Shown one piece after another: positions 1 to 11,418 of a stretch of DNA of 64,000 bases (the first letter of the stretch is position 1; each line of letters begins with the position of its first letter). The DNA is from Cirrosporium novae-zelandiae (Eukaryota). Where the stretch lies: assembly GCA_026023565.1 (NCBI GenBank), contig JAPETS010000015.1, positions 310,001 to 374,000 of the forward strand. Reading direction: 5' to 3'. Position numbers and translations under genes: made by a program. The notes beneath the pieces were generated by a model that saw only the letters and a program-made list of their open reading frames with translations, searched no databases and had not been told where the DNA came from.

Positions 1-38
1 GTTCGTACGTAGTCATGAAGCCCCGTCAGTAAGTAAAA

Positions 39-72
39 GAGAGAGAGAGAGAGAGTGTGTGTGTGTGTGTGT
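39..72. repeat. Compound (GA)n/(GT)n microsatellite
   Basis: gagagagagagagagagtgtgtgtgtgtgtgtgt read directly, downstream of the hydrolase gene. Confidence 0.9.
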
Positions 73-239
73 ATAAAGGGTTTGGAAAAGGAAAAAAAAT
101 TGAAATGGGTTTTCGTATAAGGTAAGAGAGGTGGGAGATAGAGGGTATAGGTGGTAGGTCTAGGTGACACAACACAGCAAAATCGTAGTATGCTGAACTA
201 CTTCTCTCTTCTTTCCTTCTTTTTTTCTTCTTCCTCAAA

Positions 240-3005
240 TTACCTCCCATCACTCCTCTTCTTCGTGACAACCGTAGTCCAATCCTCCCACTCCTTGGCA
301 ATTTCCATCAACACCTCTCCCATGACTTTTGCACTAGCCATCAACCCGTGACCCTCACCCTCTAGGATCCTCACCTCACACCTTCGCATCGTGCTGCCAA
401 GCCATTTTACGTTTTCAGCAGGAACTCTGGTGTCTTTGGACCCGTGGTGGATAACTACGGCACGCGTGATATCTACGTATCGGAATCCGATTGTCTGACG
501 GCGTTCCAGACAGATAATGAGATCGACGGCGGGGTTTGCGTTTGTGGTTGCGAGATCCCAGATTTGATGGGTGAGGGTCATGTCGTAGATTGCTTGGCGT
601 TCGCGGGCTGCGGCATCTGCGGCCGCTTGTGCGGCCATGGCTTCGGTGGTGAAATCTCTGGTGGAAATTCTGTTAGGGGCATGGGTGAGGGGGCTATCTT
701 GATCATCGCGCTGAAGATCGGGATATAGAACGGAATCCCGTACTCCTGTGACGATTGGTGGTTTGGGGGTGGCTTTTCCTGTTGCTAAAGTATCCCAGCG
801 AATATTTGTTGGATTAGCCTCAGGTCCTACGCTCTTTCGTTTTACACGTCGAGGTGACTTGGGGAGGCTGCTTGTAATGCTAGCGCTAGTTGCAGACATA
901 AAGCTAGAGTTTGCCGCTTTAAGGAAGGGTGTAGGAAGTGCTCGAAGTATTCGCTGAGAGTAAGGGAGATTCCCCGCAGGGTGGGAATCCTTCTGAGATC
1001 CAAGAACAGACATTTGAGATGGAGGAATCCAAGGGGCGAGGAGATGAATGCGGCCTCGGATTTGTTGGGGCATCCGAAGCGCTGTTGCCAATGCATATAT
1101 GGCTCCGGCTGAATGGGCAAGTAGAGAAAATTTGCTTATTTTCAAGTATGCGCAGACTGTTGCAACATCGTCTATCAAGAAGTTGTTAGCATTTAGACGA
1201 TGGGTGGCATGGACCAGAACACACTCACCTGGCCAATTCAAAGGGGTCCCTGAACCATCTGCATATGGCTGGCTCTCACCAACCCCTGGTCTGTCCAAAG
1301 TAATTAATCTCAGTTTGAGAGTTGCTGCAAGTTCATCATAAAATGCCATAAGATATCTTGTTAAGCCCATTCCCACACAACAAAAAACCACAAACCCATT
1401 CGGATCCCCGACTTCAGAAAAGGCTATAACTCTACCGGTGTTCGGGTTCCGCACTTTTTGGGATAATCTAGGAGAGCTGAGGTATATATCCACGGCTTCA
1501 TCGATTGAGTCCCCGCTGGACGGTCGTTCTTCAATTGGGGGTGAGAGCGGGTTCGAGTAGCTCCTTCTGTGCCTTCCTGGTAATGGGCTCGGAGTACTTT
1601 TGTTTCGAGAATTTGTTCTCTTCATACCATGCTCACGTGACATAGGTTTAGAAGAGTCCATGGTTCCAGTAGGTGATATCAAAGGGCTTGAAACCGATCT
1701 CGACCATATATCCGGACGGTGTCGTCCCTGAGCAATGGATGGGCTTGGCGCACTCTCGTCAACCCACAAGGATAATCCTTCACGCGACTGCCGACTTTTG
1801 GACCTTCGACCTCGTTTTGACCGGTCAGTTCTATTGTGTGTTCTAGATGATCGTTCTGCCACTAGTTCGGGTGCAAACTCGGGTGGCACCTCATCCCTTC
1901 TTCGCTTTTGTTCCTTTAACTCTCTTATTCTTCGTGCAACACCATCTTCCTCATGAGCAGATTCTTCACGGTCGCTCCTTTCTCTGCTTGCACTCGTCAG
2001 GTCGTGACTGCTATGTCGACGCAACTGCCTTCTCCTCCTTGTACTTGCCGGGCTACCAGAATAACTATGTCGAAGCGAGGATTCCCTTTTTGGCACCATT
2101 TTTGGATTGACGGTGTCTCCTGATGAATCAGAAATCTTTGGGGTTGATGACCCACTGGGACCAGAAGCATAATTGAGATCCAAAGGCTCCCCTTCAAGGA
2201 TTATATCTTCCGCAAAAGAAAGTTTAGGGGACAAACTTTTCACTGGTCCTCCTTGCCTATCTGCGTTGAAACCTGTTGCACTATCCAAAGAAGATTTTGA
2301 AGACTTTCTTGATAATATATGATGACGATCACCCTCCTTGTCATAGAAGCTGTCCCTCAAACTTCTGCGGCTCGTTCGATGTCCCATCTTAGAGCTAGCC
2401 GATGATGCCCGCGGGGTATGTTCCACGCTCACATTCCCAATACTGCGAGAGTCGTCTTGGTCTCTTGCTTCTTCCCTAGCGGCCTCCTTGGCCTTCCAAG
2501 ATAATGAGTTTCGAGAAGGGGACCTCAGCAGTGGGCTCCTTTCTCTGCTTGATGGCGAAGATAACCCAGAAGGCTTTGAAATACGCACAACAGGTGGAAT
2601 CGCTGCATCATCCCATTCACTCAAATAATCATTTGACTGTTTCGTTTTATTCCTATAAGCGCCATGCTCCATGCCTAATTTATCTCTTATTGGGGCCAAA
2701 AGACCTCCTGCTCCAGAGCTAATAGAAGAAAACTCGCTGTGGACTGGACCAGGTGACGAAGGTGTGGATCGACTGCCGGAAATATGTGGAACTTGCTCAA
2801 AATGTTCGTGGAAAGGTGTGGATATAGATGAAAGCGATGATATTAAAGAGGTAATGACTTCAGGGGATGCAGGTTGCACATTTACGTAGTTCGAGGAGGG
2901 TCTTCGGTTAGGAGGAGGCATTGATTGTCGTCGTCGTACTTCTTGAGGGGGTTCCAAGGTTGTCCGGTTCCTATGAATAGATGAAGCCAGCGACGCACGT
3001 TCCAT
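240..3005 (-). CDS. Alpha/beta-hydrolase fold protein with long disordered Ser/Arg-rich N-terminus (one intron, 1172..1228)
   Basis: C-terminal domain has LDRPGVGES, nucleophile elbow AHSAG, HGSKD and GEGHG. A 57-nt in-frame intron GTGAGT...GCTAAC...ATAG joins WP|DD. Confidence 0.85.
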   Translation of the reverse strand: MERASLASSIHRNRTTLEPPQEVRRRQSMPPPNRRPSSNYVNVQPASPEVITSLISSLSSISTPFHEHFEQVPHISGSRSTPSSPGPVHSEFSSISSGAGGLLAPIRDKLGMEHGAYRNKTKQSNDYLSEWDDAAIPPVVRISKPSGLSSPSSRERSPLLRSPSRNSLSWKAKEAAREEARDQDDSRSIGNVSVEHTPRASSASSKMGHRTSRRSLRDSFYDKEGDRHHILSRKSSKSSLDSATGFNADRQGGPVKSLSPKLSFAEDIILEGEPLDLNYASGPSGSSTPKISDSSGDTVNPKMVPKRESSLRHSYSGSPASTRRRRQLRRHSSHDLTSASRERSDREESAHEEDGVARRIRELKEQKRRRDEVPPEFAPELVAERSSRTHNRTDRSKRGRRSKSRQSREGLSLWVDESAPSPSIAQGRHRPDIWSRSVSSPLISPTGTMDSSKPMSREHGMKRTNSRNKSTPSPLPGRHRRSYSNPLSPPIEERPSSGDSIDEAVDIYLSSPRLSQKVRNPNTGRVIAFSEVGDPNGFVVFCCVGMGLTRYLMAFYDELAATLKLRLITLDRPGVGESQPYADGSGTPLNWPGECVLVHATHRLNANNFLIDDVATVCAYLKISKFSLLAHSAGAIYALATALRMPQQIRGRIHLLAPWIPPSQMSVLGSQKDSHPAGNLPYSQRILRALPTPFLKAANSSFMSATSASITSSLPKSPRRVKRKSVGPEANPTNIRWDTLATGKATPKPPIVTGVRDSVLYPDLQRDDQDSPLTHAPNRISTRDFTTEAMAAQAAADAAARERQAIYDMTLTHQIWDLATTNANPAVDLIICLERRQTIGFRYVDITRAVVIHHGSKDTRVPAENVKWLGSTMRRCEVRILEGEGHGLMASAKVMGEVLMEIAKEWEDWTTVVTKKRSDGR

Positions 3006-4351
3006 GATAATAACCTTGCCGTCGATGAAAAGAGGTTGATCGCGACAACGATTATGGTTAAAAGAAAGTAGATTAAGGTGGTTAAGGGTATATAATAATC
3101 ATAAAGGTCGTTAGGAATTCATCAGCGACCTTGGCTAGAGACGTCCGATAGGGCTAAGGTAGATGGATTGAACCAACAAGCCGAAATGAACGGGGGGTGT
3201 CCTAGCAGCAGGGAATTCATCGAAGGTTGAGAATGATGAGAGAATGATCAATGCGCTGATTTGAATGGATAATTAGGATTGAGACAGGATGGAGTTAGAG
3301 GATATTGAATTCTGATTGGCGATGATGGGGATTTTCGCGTATGATTTGAAATTGGAATGGGGAATGGGAATTTAATGAAGGAATAATTATCAGTGAACAA
3401 TGAAGGACGAAGGACAGGACAAGTCGTTTGAATGATAGACAAGTGATGGATGAATGAGCTGAATGAGCAGCTAGTGGCCGTTGAGGGTTTGGGTGGATTA
3501 ATGGATAAGTTATTGAATGTATTTCCCTTTCGACTCAGATTTCCTCTGACCCGTTCAGGGGAAAACGCGCTATCGAGAGTCTTGGGCTGATGGAGATGAA
3601 GCTGCCCCTCTGCCCTAAAAGATTAATGACGCGCCATGACCAAAAATGGGTTGTCTTCCAACCTCATTGGTTGTAGCTGAAATATTTGGATTCTTTGGAT
3701 TCTCTGGATTCTTCCTTCAAATTACTTTGAACAAATTAGCGTCACATGGAATCTTTATTTAAATAAACAATAAATATATATATATTTCAAAAAAATATGT
3801 GGGAATGAAAGAGGGAAGCTTTCTTATTTCAAACCTCCTAGAGTCGCATACAAGTAGGAGAATAGTAATGAGGGGGGCTCTTGAGTTTCAGAAACCCCCT
3901 CCTCTCTCTTACCCCCCTTTGAACGTTCATGGGTTAAGATAATCAATCATACCTTGCTTGCCTTGTTACCTTGGGCTTTTGAGGGACCAACCCACGGATT
4001 CGGTTCCGCGGCATCACATCACATGCAATCATGGTCCCAATCGGTTACTTGCCGTGCCTGTTCATTGAACACCGCCGTCACCCGTAACCCCTGTACTTTC
4101 TGCTACATTCCCTACATTCCCCCACACATGGCTTCACTTTACATATTGTGGCTTCATGGTTCATGAACACCTTAAGCTGATCAGTGATAGCTTTCCAAAC
4201 ATCATTAATCTTATGCCACATATCCTTTGTTAGAGCTGTCAACGCCAAGTCTTATTTCCAACCTCATCATCCTTGCTGGTTGTCGTCAAGCTCAATGCTT
4301 ATATCCTTACACTTTATTTTCAGTGAGACCCAACCAATATTAATAGTCTAT

Positions 4352-6386
4352 TCAAACAGCTTCAAAAAGTGGGTATCCTGCACATCGCATCCTCTCCCCC
4401 ATCATGTCCACCCACAATAACTCTCTTTTACAGTCTCTACCCTCCAATCCCCCTGTATGTTCCCACTCATCATGTAGCTCGTTGAAAGTATCTTTAACAA
4501 TATAAAGAGGCATCAACACCATCAAAGGCCCAATACTTGCTTGCCGACTATCAAAAAACCATTCCATATGTTGGCATGTACGGACAGCAGAACTATATTT
4601 ATCGAACCCACTGAATCTTTCCGGTATACGTGACATGGAAGAGGAGAGTAACAAGATAAGGCGAGTTATATGCGACACCAGTTGGATGGTGATGCCTTCC
4701 CATGTTATAAGGGCATCTGCAATCATCGAGTCGTAAAATTGGAACGTTGTTGGGAAAAGCTTCCCTTTGGTTTTCTCCTCTGGGTCACGGTCTTGATTGG
4801 AGAATGTAGACGGCATAGAAAAATAATATTCCGAACTATCAGAGAGATATCCTTGTCCTGTTATTCTCTCGTCGAGTCCCTTACGCCAATTTTGTATTCG
4901 ACTTTTAATGTCGAGGGTAGATTGAAGTTGTAATAAGAGGTGTGTACGGTTATTAGGCAATGTGTGGTCGAACTCGTAAAGGAGGTTAGGGAGAATAGCG
5001 ATCTCATCAAGAATCCCATAGAGAGGAAGGGACGAGGTGACATTCTCGAGCCAGTTTACTTTGGCTAGATTTGATGAACGCCGACAGCGGAGATGGAATA
5101 TAAACTGTACTCTGGTTAGAGGAACGGGCTGTGGAAATATGAGCAGGAATCAAGCCAATTCAGCCAAAGCCTACACCAGCTTTTGCTTGGTTGAAGCTAT
5201 TCTCGACTTTTTCTTCTGGCTTCATCAAGTTCTAGTTGTTAGGGATATCTGTGTTCGCTTATGACACAAACAGGGACCTTTAGGTAAGGCCCACTGGCTC
5301 AATCTTGGCGTGATTCATGACGGGTAGTGATTGAACATAAAGAAATGAATACAGACCTCTACTAGTCGCAATTCCCAGAGGAGATCTTGCGCGACACTGC
5401 TCCTCTGATATGTGCCCTTGTATGTGACCAGCCGCGTGGCGCCTTTCAAATGGTTGAGAAGATGTACCACATTTCCATTAGTACCATTATACTGTTACAA
5501 GGTCAGTGAATAGAAGAATCATTCATAAAAAAGAAAATCATGAACCTCAAACATCGCACATAGCCCCTGAGCCATTAAGATCTCATTCCTGGTTTCTACT
5601 GACCAGTCATTGTTTGTTTCCAGCCTTTTTCTGAGCATCGTTATGGCCCTGCTATACCTACGCAAACCTCCATACATGATTCGGTCGTCATTTACTTCGC
5701 GTGCACAGATTGAGAGAGACACGGCAAGGAGGATTTCTTCCAAGAGCACAGAACGTTCTCCATTGACTACCTCGGAACTATAAAAGACCGCAGGGCATGG
5801 GGGGCGAAAAAGACTTCGTAGAGTTGTAACACCATTGGCAGAGCCGGTATAGTTATTGCCAATATTTACCAAGGACTTGACGGCTCGATCATCCAAGGAA
5901 TGTTCTCGTAAGGGTGGTATAAACTGGGCTCGAAGTTGATCTAGTATATTTTGTTTGTAGACCCGTCCGTAGTTTGCGTATTGCAGGACGGGTGGCTGAG
6001 AGAAGTCTTTAATTTGTCGGCTTTCCTGCAGCTCGCATATTTCCTGGTCTAATACCTTTTCTCCCTTGTTTTCAGGAGACTGATGGTTAAACATCACCTT
6101 TACTTTTCCAGGTCTGTTTTTCACCACATGTTTTTTCCTTGACAAGGCAACATCATCCTCGACTTTCTTTCTGGTGGAACTTGATGAAAACTGGAAAATC
6201 AAATCCGTGTCATCTCTCTTGCATTCGAAATTTCCTTTGATACACTGAGTGCATGAGGGTTTTTTAGTATCGCACTATTCAACTGGTAAGCAGAACTAAA
6301 AAAAAATAAAAGATTAGGTCAACTCCTGCCTTGATCTTCCGTCGTTTACAAACATAACAACGATTGACAACGGTTTTCCCAAACAT
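4352..6386 (-). CDS. Zn(II)2Cys6 fungal transcription factor (multi-exon)
   Basis: Spliced N-terminus MFGKTVVNRCYVCKRRKIK|CDTKKPSCTQCIKGNFEC has six Cys in zinc-cluster spacing. Exons 6386-6330, 6274-5546, 5491-5357, optional 5231-5175 and 5104-4352 stay in frame. Confidence 0.8.
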
Positions 6387-7196
6387 GATGATTTATAGTA
6401 CGACGCAAAATATAAGACCATTCCAAACTTGAGTATCTCTTAAGAACGCCGGGGAGGAGAATATTTACGTTCTATCAAGAAAAGGGTGTGATGGTAATTT
6501 AGTATGCTATTTCTAACATGTCGACCTATTCAGCGGTCAACACCAAGACGCAAAGTTGATCGGTTCCAGATGCTCAAACGACAGCAATACCACTAGTGAA
6601 GAAGAAGAACTTACTCCTATGATTGCTGTGTTTGGATTGAGATGATGGCTAGGAATATCCATGAGTAAACAAAAAGAGCTGGGAAGAAGGAAATCCAAAA
6701 GTCTCTAAGTTTTAAGACATACTGGAAATTATAACTACTAGCTACCCCACCTACAATTATTGGATTTGGCCTGTGGATTACGTTGGTAGATATGGGAGAA
6801 ATTTATTTATATTGTACTAAGCTATTAGTGCTTGGGCTTATTATCCACATAAGACACCAAGAGGCTGTAGAAAGGAAAATATTTATGTTGAGGGAAACGT
6901 CCAAATGTAATGAACGAGAGACCTGTTATGGCCTAGGATTATACTTAAGTGGCCACGAACATATGCATGATTACCCTTGCATCACATTATCGCACCATCT
7001 TCTTTCCTTGTTTCCAGCTTCCTTTTTGTTAAATACATAATGTGCATCTATAAAAGTAATTATTTTTCATCTTCCAAGTTCCATTCAATATAACTACGAC
7101 CAAGGCCAACCTATTGAATTCTATGACGTATGTTCTATGATTTGGGAAACTATCAACACCAACATTTAAAATACTCTTAAACTACCTCTTTCCACT

Positions 7197-8351
7197 ATGA
7201 ACTGGTTCCAAGGGTCGTCTCTATCTCTTCCTCCTAGGCCACCTCCACCGCTGACGGACCGCATCTATCAATCCGTAGCGTCATTAAATCCCTTCTACTC
7301 GCCACCTCCCACCTTCACCCAACATCTCTACAGCTCTGTAACCTCTTTCTTCTCCCCCGTCCGAACAACAATGGACGCGATTCTCGCTCTGCCAGCACTA
7401 TCATATCTCGTGCTTCCCGCAATGTCCTCCTATAGCACATCCCTTAACCTGCTCTTCTTCTACCTCACCTGGTCCACGCTTCTCCTCTCCAACCCTCCCT
7501 TGAAAGTTGAGATTGTCGGCACCCTCGCCATCCAACTTCTCTTCTACCTTATTCCTTCAACCTTCTTCCTCCTTTTCGACTCGCTGCTCCCCAGTCTTGC
7601 TGTGGGGATGAAAGCGCAGGAATCAAGCGGACTTGCTGCGCGAAAAGGATCAAAAGGTCCCAAGTGGTGGAAAGTTGTGCTGTGGAGCATCTTCAACATT
7701 CTCCTCTCCACGACCTTACAAGCTCTGATCGAACTCCTCTTCACCCATGTGCTCCACATTCGAAGCGCACTGAAAATCACAACCTCACTCCCGATGCCCT
7801 GGGCTATCGTTAAAGATATTTTTAGGGGTTTCCTCTTCCGCGAAATCCTACAATATTGTAGCCATCGCTACCTGCTTCATTCCAAATCTCGTCGGTACAA
7901 CGCGCTCAACAAAGCCCATATGCACTGGTATCATGCGATCGAGGCGCCATATTCTTTCGCGGCCGCGTATGACCACCCCCTCACCTACCTCATCTACCGC
8001 TTTCTCCCGCTCTACATCCCCGCCCTGGTCTTCCGATTTCACCTTCTCACGTACATGCTATTCATGACGCTCGTCTCGCTGGACGACACATTCTCCTTCT
8101 CAGGCTACACCAGCGTACCGTCGAACTTCATACTTGGAGGCATCGCCAGAAGACACGATGCGCATATACTAAGTGGCGGAAAGGGAAATTTCGGAGCTTG
8201 GGGAATCTGCGACTGGGCCTGCGGGACTAGCGTCGGGGGTGACATTGGGGACGATTCAAAAAATGAGGCCGAGAGCAACGGCGTTCAGGGAAAGGTGGAT
8301 GGGGTAATGGATGGACTAAGGAAGAGAGGAAGAACTAAGTCCAAGAAGTGA
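7197..8351 (+). CDS. Fatty acid hydroxylase / sterol desaturase superfamily membrane protein
   Basis: Hydrophobic segments, His boxes HRYLLH, HMHWYH and RHDAH, YDHP motif, GNFG..G.CDW.CGT C-terminal signature and a KSKK C-terminus. Intronless. Confidence 0.8.
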   Translation: MNWFQGSSLSLPPRPPPPLTDRIYQSVASLNPFYSPPPTFTQHLYSSVTSFFSPVRTTMDAILALPALSYLVLPAMSSYSTSLNLLFFYLTWSTLLLSNPPLKVEIVGTLAIQLLFYLIPSTFFLLFDSLLPSLAVGMKAQESSGLAARKGSKGPKWWKVVLWSIFNILLSTTLQALIELLFTHVLHIRSALKITTSLPMPWAIVKDIFRGFLFREILQYCSHRYLLHSKSRRYNALNKAHMHWYHAIEAPYSFAAAYDHPLTYLIYRFLPLYIPALVFRFHLLTYMLFMTLVSLDDTFSFSGYTSVPSNFILGGIARRHDAHILSGGKGNFGAWGICDWACGTSVGGDIGDDSKNEAESNGVQGKVDGVMDGLRKRGRTKSKK

Positions 8352-9088
8352 CTTTGAAGGAAGTAACCTCTATGTTTTACTTATGATATGAATTTCCTTC
8401 GTTGGATGATGATGGTGATAATGATGATGGCGACACGGGGTCATATATTTGGATATTCAGGAATAACAATTTTCATGTGTGTGGGACAGGTGGATTGGTT
8501 TATTATGATGGAAGACCTAAATTTCTGCCTTTTTTTAGGTGTCGAGATACCCCCTTCCCCCCCTTATATATTTCAATGCAAGTAGCAATACTATCTATCC
8601 AAGACATGAAGCAAATATAATCTTTATTAGTTAAGGTGAAATCTAGTCTAGATCCACGTATATCACAATTTTTTTTTTGGAAACTAGAGAAACAATATTT
8701 TTGTTAACTTGTTCATAGTAGCAGCTACATACATATATGTATATCTTACCCACAATTTCTCTGTTATAATACCCCATACCCATAATGAAGAACCACCATC
8801 CATGGATTTAAGCATCTTTACAAAAACCAGTAGACTACCTCTCTACATATCTACCTAGGTATCTATCTAGCACCTAGCATAGGTTTAGTTACCTAGGTAT
8901 TAATTAACAAAGGTGACCAAAAAAAGAAGTAAGTTCCTTGAAGAATCATATTTCGTTATTGTTATTGTTGTTATTGGGGAATCCCCCTTTTTCTTTTGAT
9001 TTCATGCAAAGATTGGAGGAGAAAGCCTTCTATGGTCTATAGTTGAGTTAGATCTAATATTTTTTTTGTGAATGGAAATGTAAATTTG

Positions 9089-9089
9089 T

Positions 9090-9131
<42 letters not shown>
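9089..9131. repeat. (AAGA)n tetranucleotide microsatellite, followed by a (TATG)-like tract at about 9170-9202
   Basis: Direct reading. Confidence 0.9.
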
Positions 9132-9132
<1 letters not shown>

Positions 9133-9577
9133 GGGTGTTATGGGTATTAATTTTTGCTTTTGTGCGCCTGTATGTATGTATATATGTATGTATATATGTA
9201 TGTACACATACATACACTTCTTTTAGTGTTGTGGATAATATAGTATAGATGGATAGATTAGCCCTAAGCCTTCCACCCCCCCTTCAAGCCAGAGCCTTTT
9301 GTTTCTCTCTTTCTCTTCTTACTCTTTTCTTTTCATCCAATATTTACCCCCTTCCCCTCTCTCCCGGTAGAAGAGAAAAATGAATTTACATATACATAAT
9401 ATAAAAAAAACCGTCACTGATGGGCCAGTGTGAAACTCCCGCAATGGATGATGATGATAACGATGATGGTAATAACCCCTTCTTAGCAAAGCCGTAATAC
9501 AGAAAGAAAGAAAGAAAGAAACGAGCATAGGATATGGCTTGGGAAATTTGCATGAATGAACTGATTGGGTCGATGAA

Positions 9578-10607
9578 TCAATCGCTCTCCTCCTCCAAAT
9601 CGTCATCATCATCATCATCATCATTGCGTTTGTTCTCGGGTTCTTCTAACCGATCTTCGTCTTCATCCTCATCTGCGCCGGTTCCGGCTTCGTCGGCTTC
9701 GTCTTCTTCTTCGTCTTCTTGTTCCTCGTCCTCGGCCTCATCTTCTTGTTCCTCGTCTTCTTCTTCGTCTTCTTCATCTGCGGGCTCTGCATCCCGATAC
9801 CCTCTGGGAGACCCATCGAGCTCCATCTCAGCCCCACCCTTCCCACCACCCTTTCCTACATTCTTTTTCGCCTTCGTGCTGCCACCGACACCATTAACGG
9901 CAATCCCACCACCGTTACCACCACTTCTTCTCGCCTTCTTAGCAACTGGCTCCCCATCCTTTTCCATCACTTCATCTTCGTCCTTATCCCCATCCCCCCC
10001 ACTCCTCCTGGCCTCCCTCACCCTCCTCCGATACTCATTCCGCTTCCCACTCTGCACTTCGACATACTTTTCCAATTCCTTCTCTAGCCTAGGCACGAAG
10101 TCCTCGAATTCACATACCTTCAGCGCGCTGATGACATCCTGTGGTTGGATGGTGCTGCGAGTGTGGTGCGAGTTGTGTGGATTGGGGGTCAGGAGCATGG
10201 ATTCATTGGCTGAGGAGGAGAGGTAGGATACGAAGACTGTGGCGGCTTTAGAGAGGGCAAGGAGGGCGTCTTTTTGTACTTGTGTGTTTGGGGGGAGGAC
10301 GCCTTTGGTTAGGCGCTGGACTATTGTTCGTGGGAGAGAGAGGTCCTATTGGGGGAGGGGGCGTGAAGGTTAGCTTTTTGAGGAGGTGTGGGTGGATCGG
10401 TGGAAGAGTCCGCATATATGGTTGAATAGAAAATAGTATAGCTAGAATGTCGCATACCTCAACAGACAATCCGTCTCTCTCGGCCTTTTCCCTTTCTTTC
10501 TCTTCCTTCTTTGAAGCTGCCGTGACATCTTTATCTTTCACTGGTGTAGAGGCTGTAGAATCAGCGGGCTGAGAGACAACTGAGGCGCCACTTTTTCTAG
10601 GCGGCAT
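9578..10607 (-). CDS. DPB4: DNA polymerase epsilon subunit D, NF-YB-type histone fold with acidic tail (intron 10346..10457)
   Basis: Splicing joins the two track ORFs: GLSVE|DLSLPRTIVQRLTKGVLPPNTQVQKDALLALSKAATVFVSYL...TIQPQDVISALKVCEF. GTATGC donor, GCTAAC branch, TAG acceptor. Confidence 0.88.
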
Positions 10608-11022
10608 GGTAGGGGATTTGTGATTATGAAAATTGAATGGGCTATGGGGGGACCCTTCTCAGGTTCTATCTGTGGGGGATGCGCGGGGAGTAGGCTATAA
10701 TATTTTTTCTAGGGGAAGGGTAGGATGGATATATGTTCTGGTCACAGGGTGTTGTCAAGATAATTTTTTTTTGGTGAGATGTATTCGTGGCGGATGTTAA
10801 TTGAGCATGGGGTTACGTTGTATGTGGGAGGGGAAAAAGACAAGAAGTGAATAATAACGCAGATCCTGGACCAGCGCTTTGATCCCGTTTGGAAAATAGG
10901 TAGACTACTCGGTCTTAGCGAATTTTGATTAGGAACAAGTACCAAGATTATCTATAAAGAAGGCCCTTGGGGACGGTGGCTACTCTTTTAGCATATGGAA
11001 ATATAAAACATGTTCGTCATTC

Positions 11023-11071
11023 ACGCGTTTCGCCGCGTTTTGTACTGCACAGTACAAGCGCGTTTTCGCGT
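11023..11071. promoter_or_regulatory. Cluster of MCB-like (xCGCGT) G1/S elements upstream of DPB4
   Basis: ACGCGT, CCGCGT, GCGCGT and TCGCGT within 50 bp in AT-rich DNA, about 420 bp upstream of a replication gene. Confidence 0.55.
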
Positions 11072-11418
11072 CTATTGAAATTTGTTATTATCAGTTATGA
11101 TGGCCGCCACTATTGATAATGCCAATCCCATACATACAGCATATAGTAGTAGACTATTATTTTTTCATTGTATATTCAACTGTTTCATTTAGTGTAAGCG
11201 TATTTTATTGGAGAATTTACTCAAACGTTTAAGAAAAGCATAGAAAAAAAGTCCCGTGTCAAACAAGGAATTGTGAGATTGGTAGTAATTGACATAAATT
11301 TTATTTCATTTTCTATAGCGTAGAGCCATCCGCAGGGACCCTTGAGATTCATTCATAGTTGAAAAGACTCCGTCGCGATGCTATGTAAGAATCCCCCCAG
11401 AAAACATTCATGTTCGTG

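Noticed and set aside
8349..8357. Stop read-through (TGA CT) to a cryptic peroxisomal signal
   Set aside because: The context is TGA CTT, not TGA CTA, and a second TGA follows at once. There is no PTS1.
9534..10226. 230-aa Ser-rich + strand ORF
   Set aside because: Antisense shadow of the acidic GAR/GAY-rich tail of DPB4.
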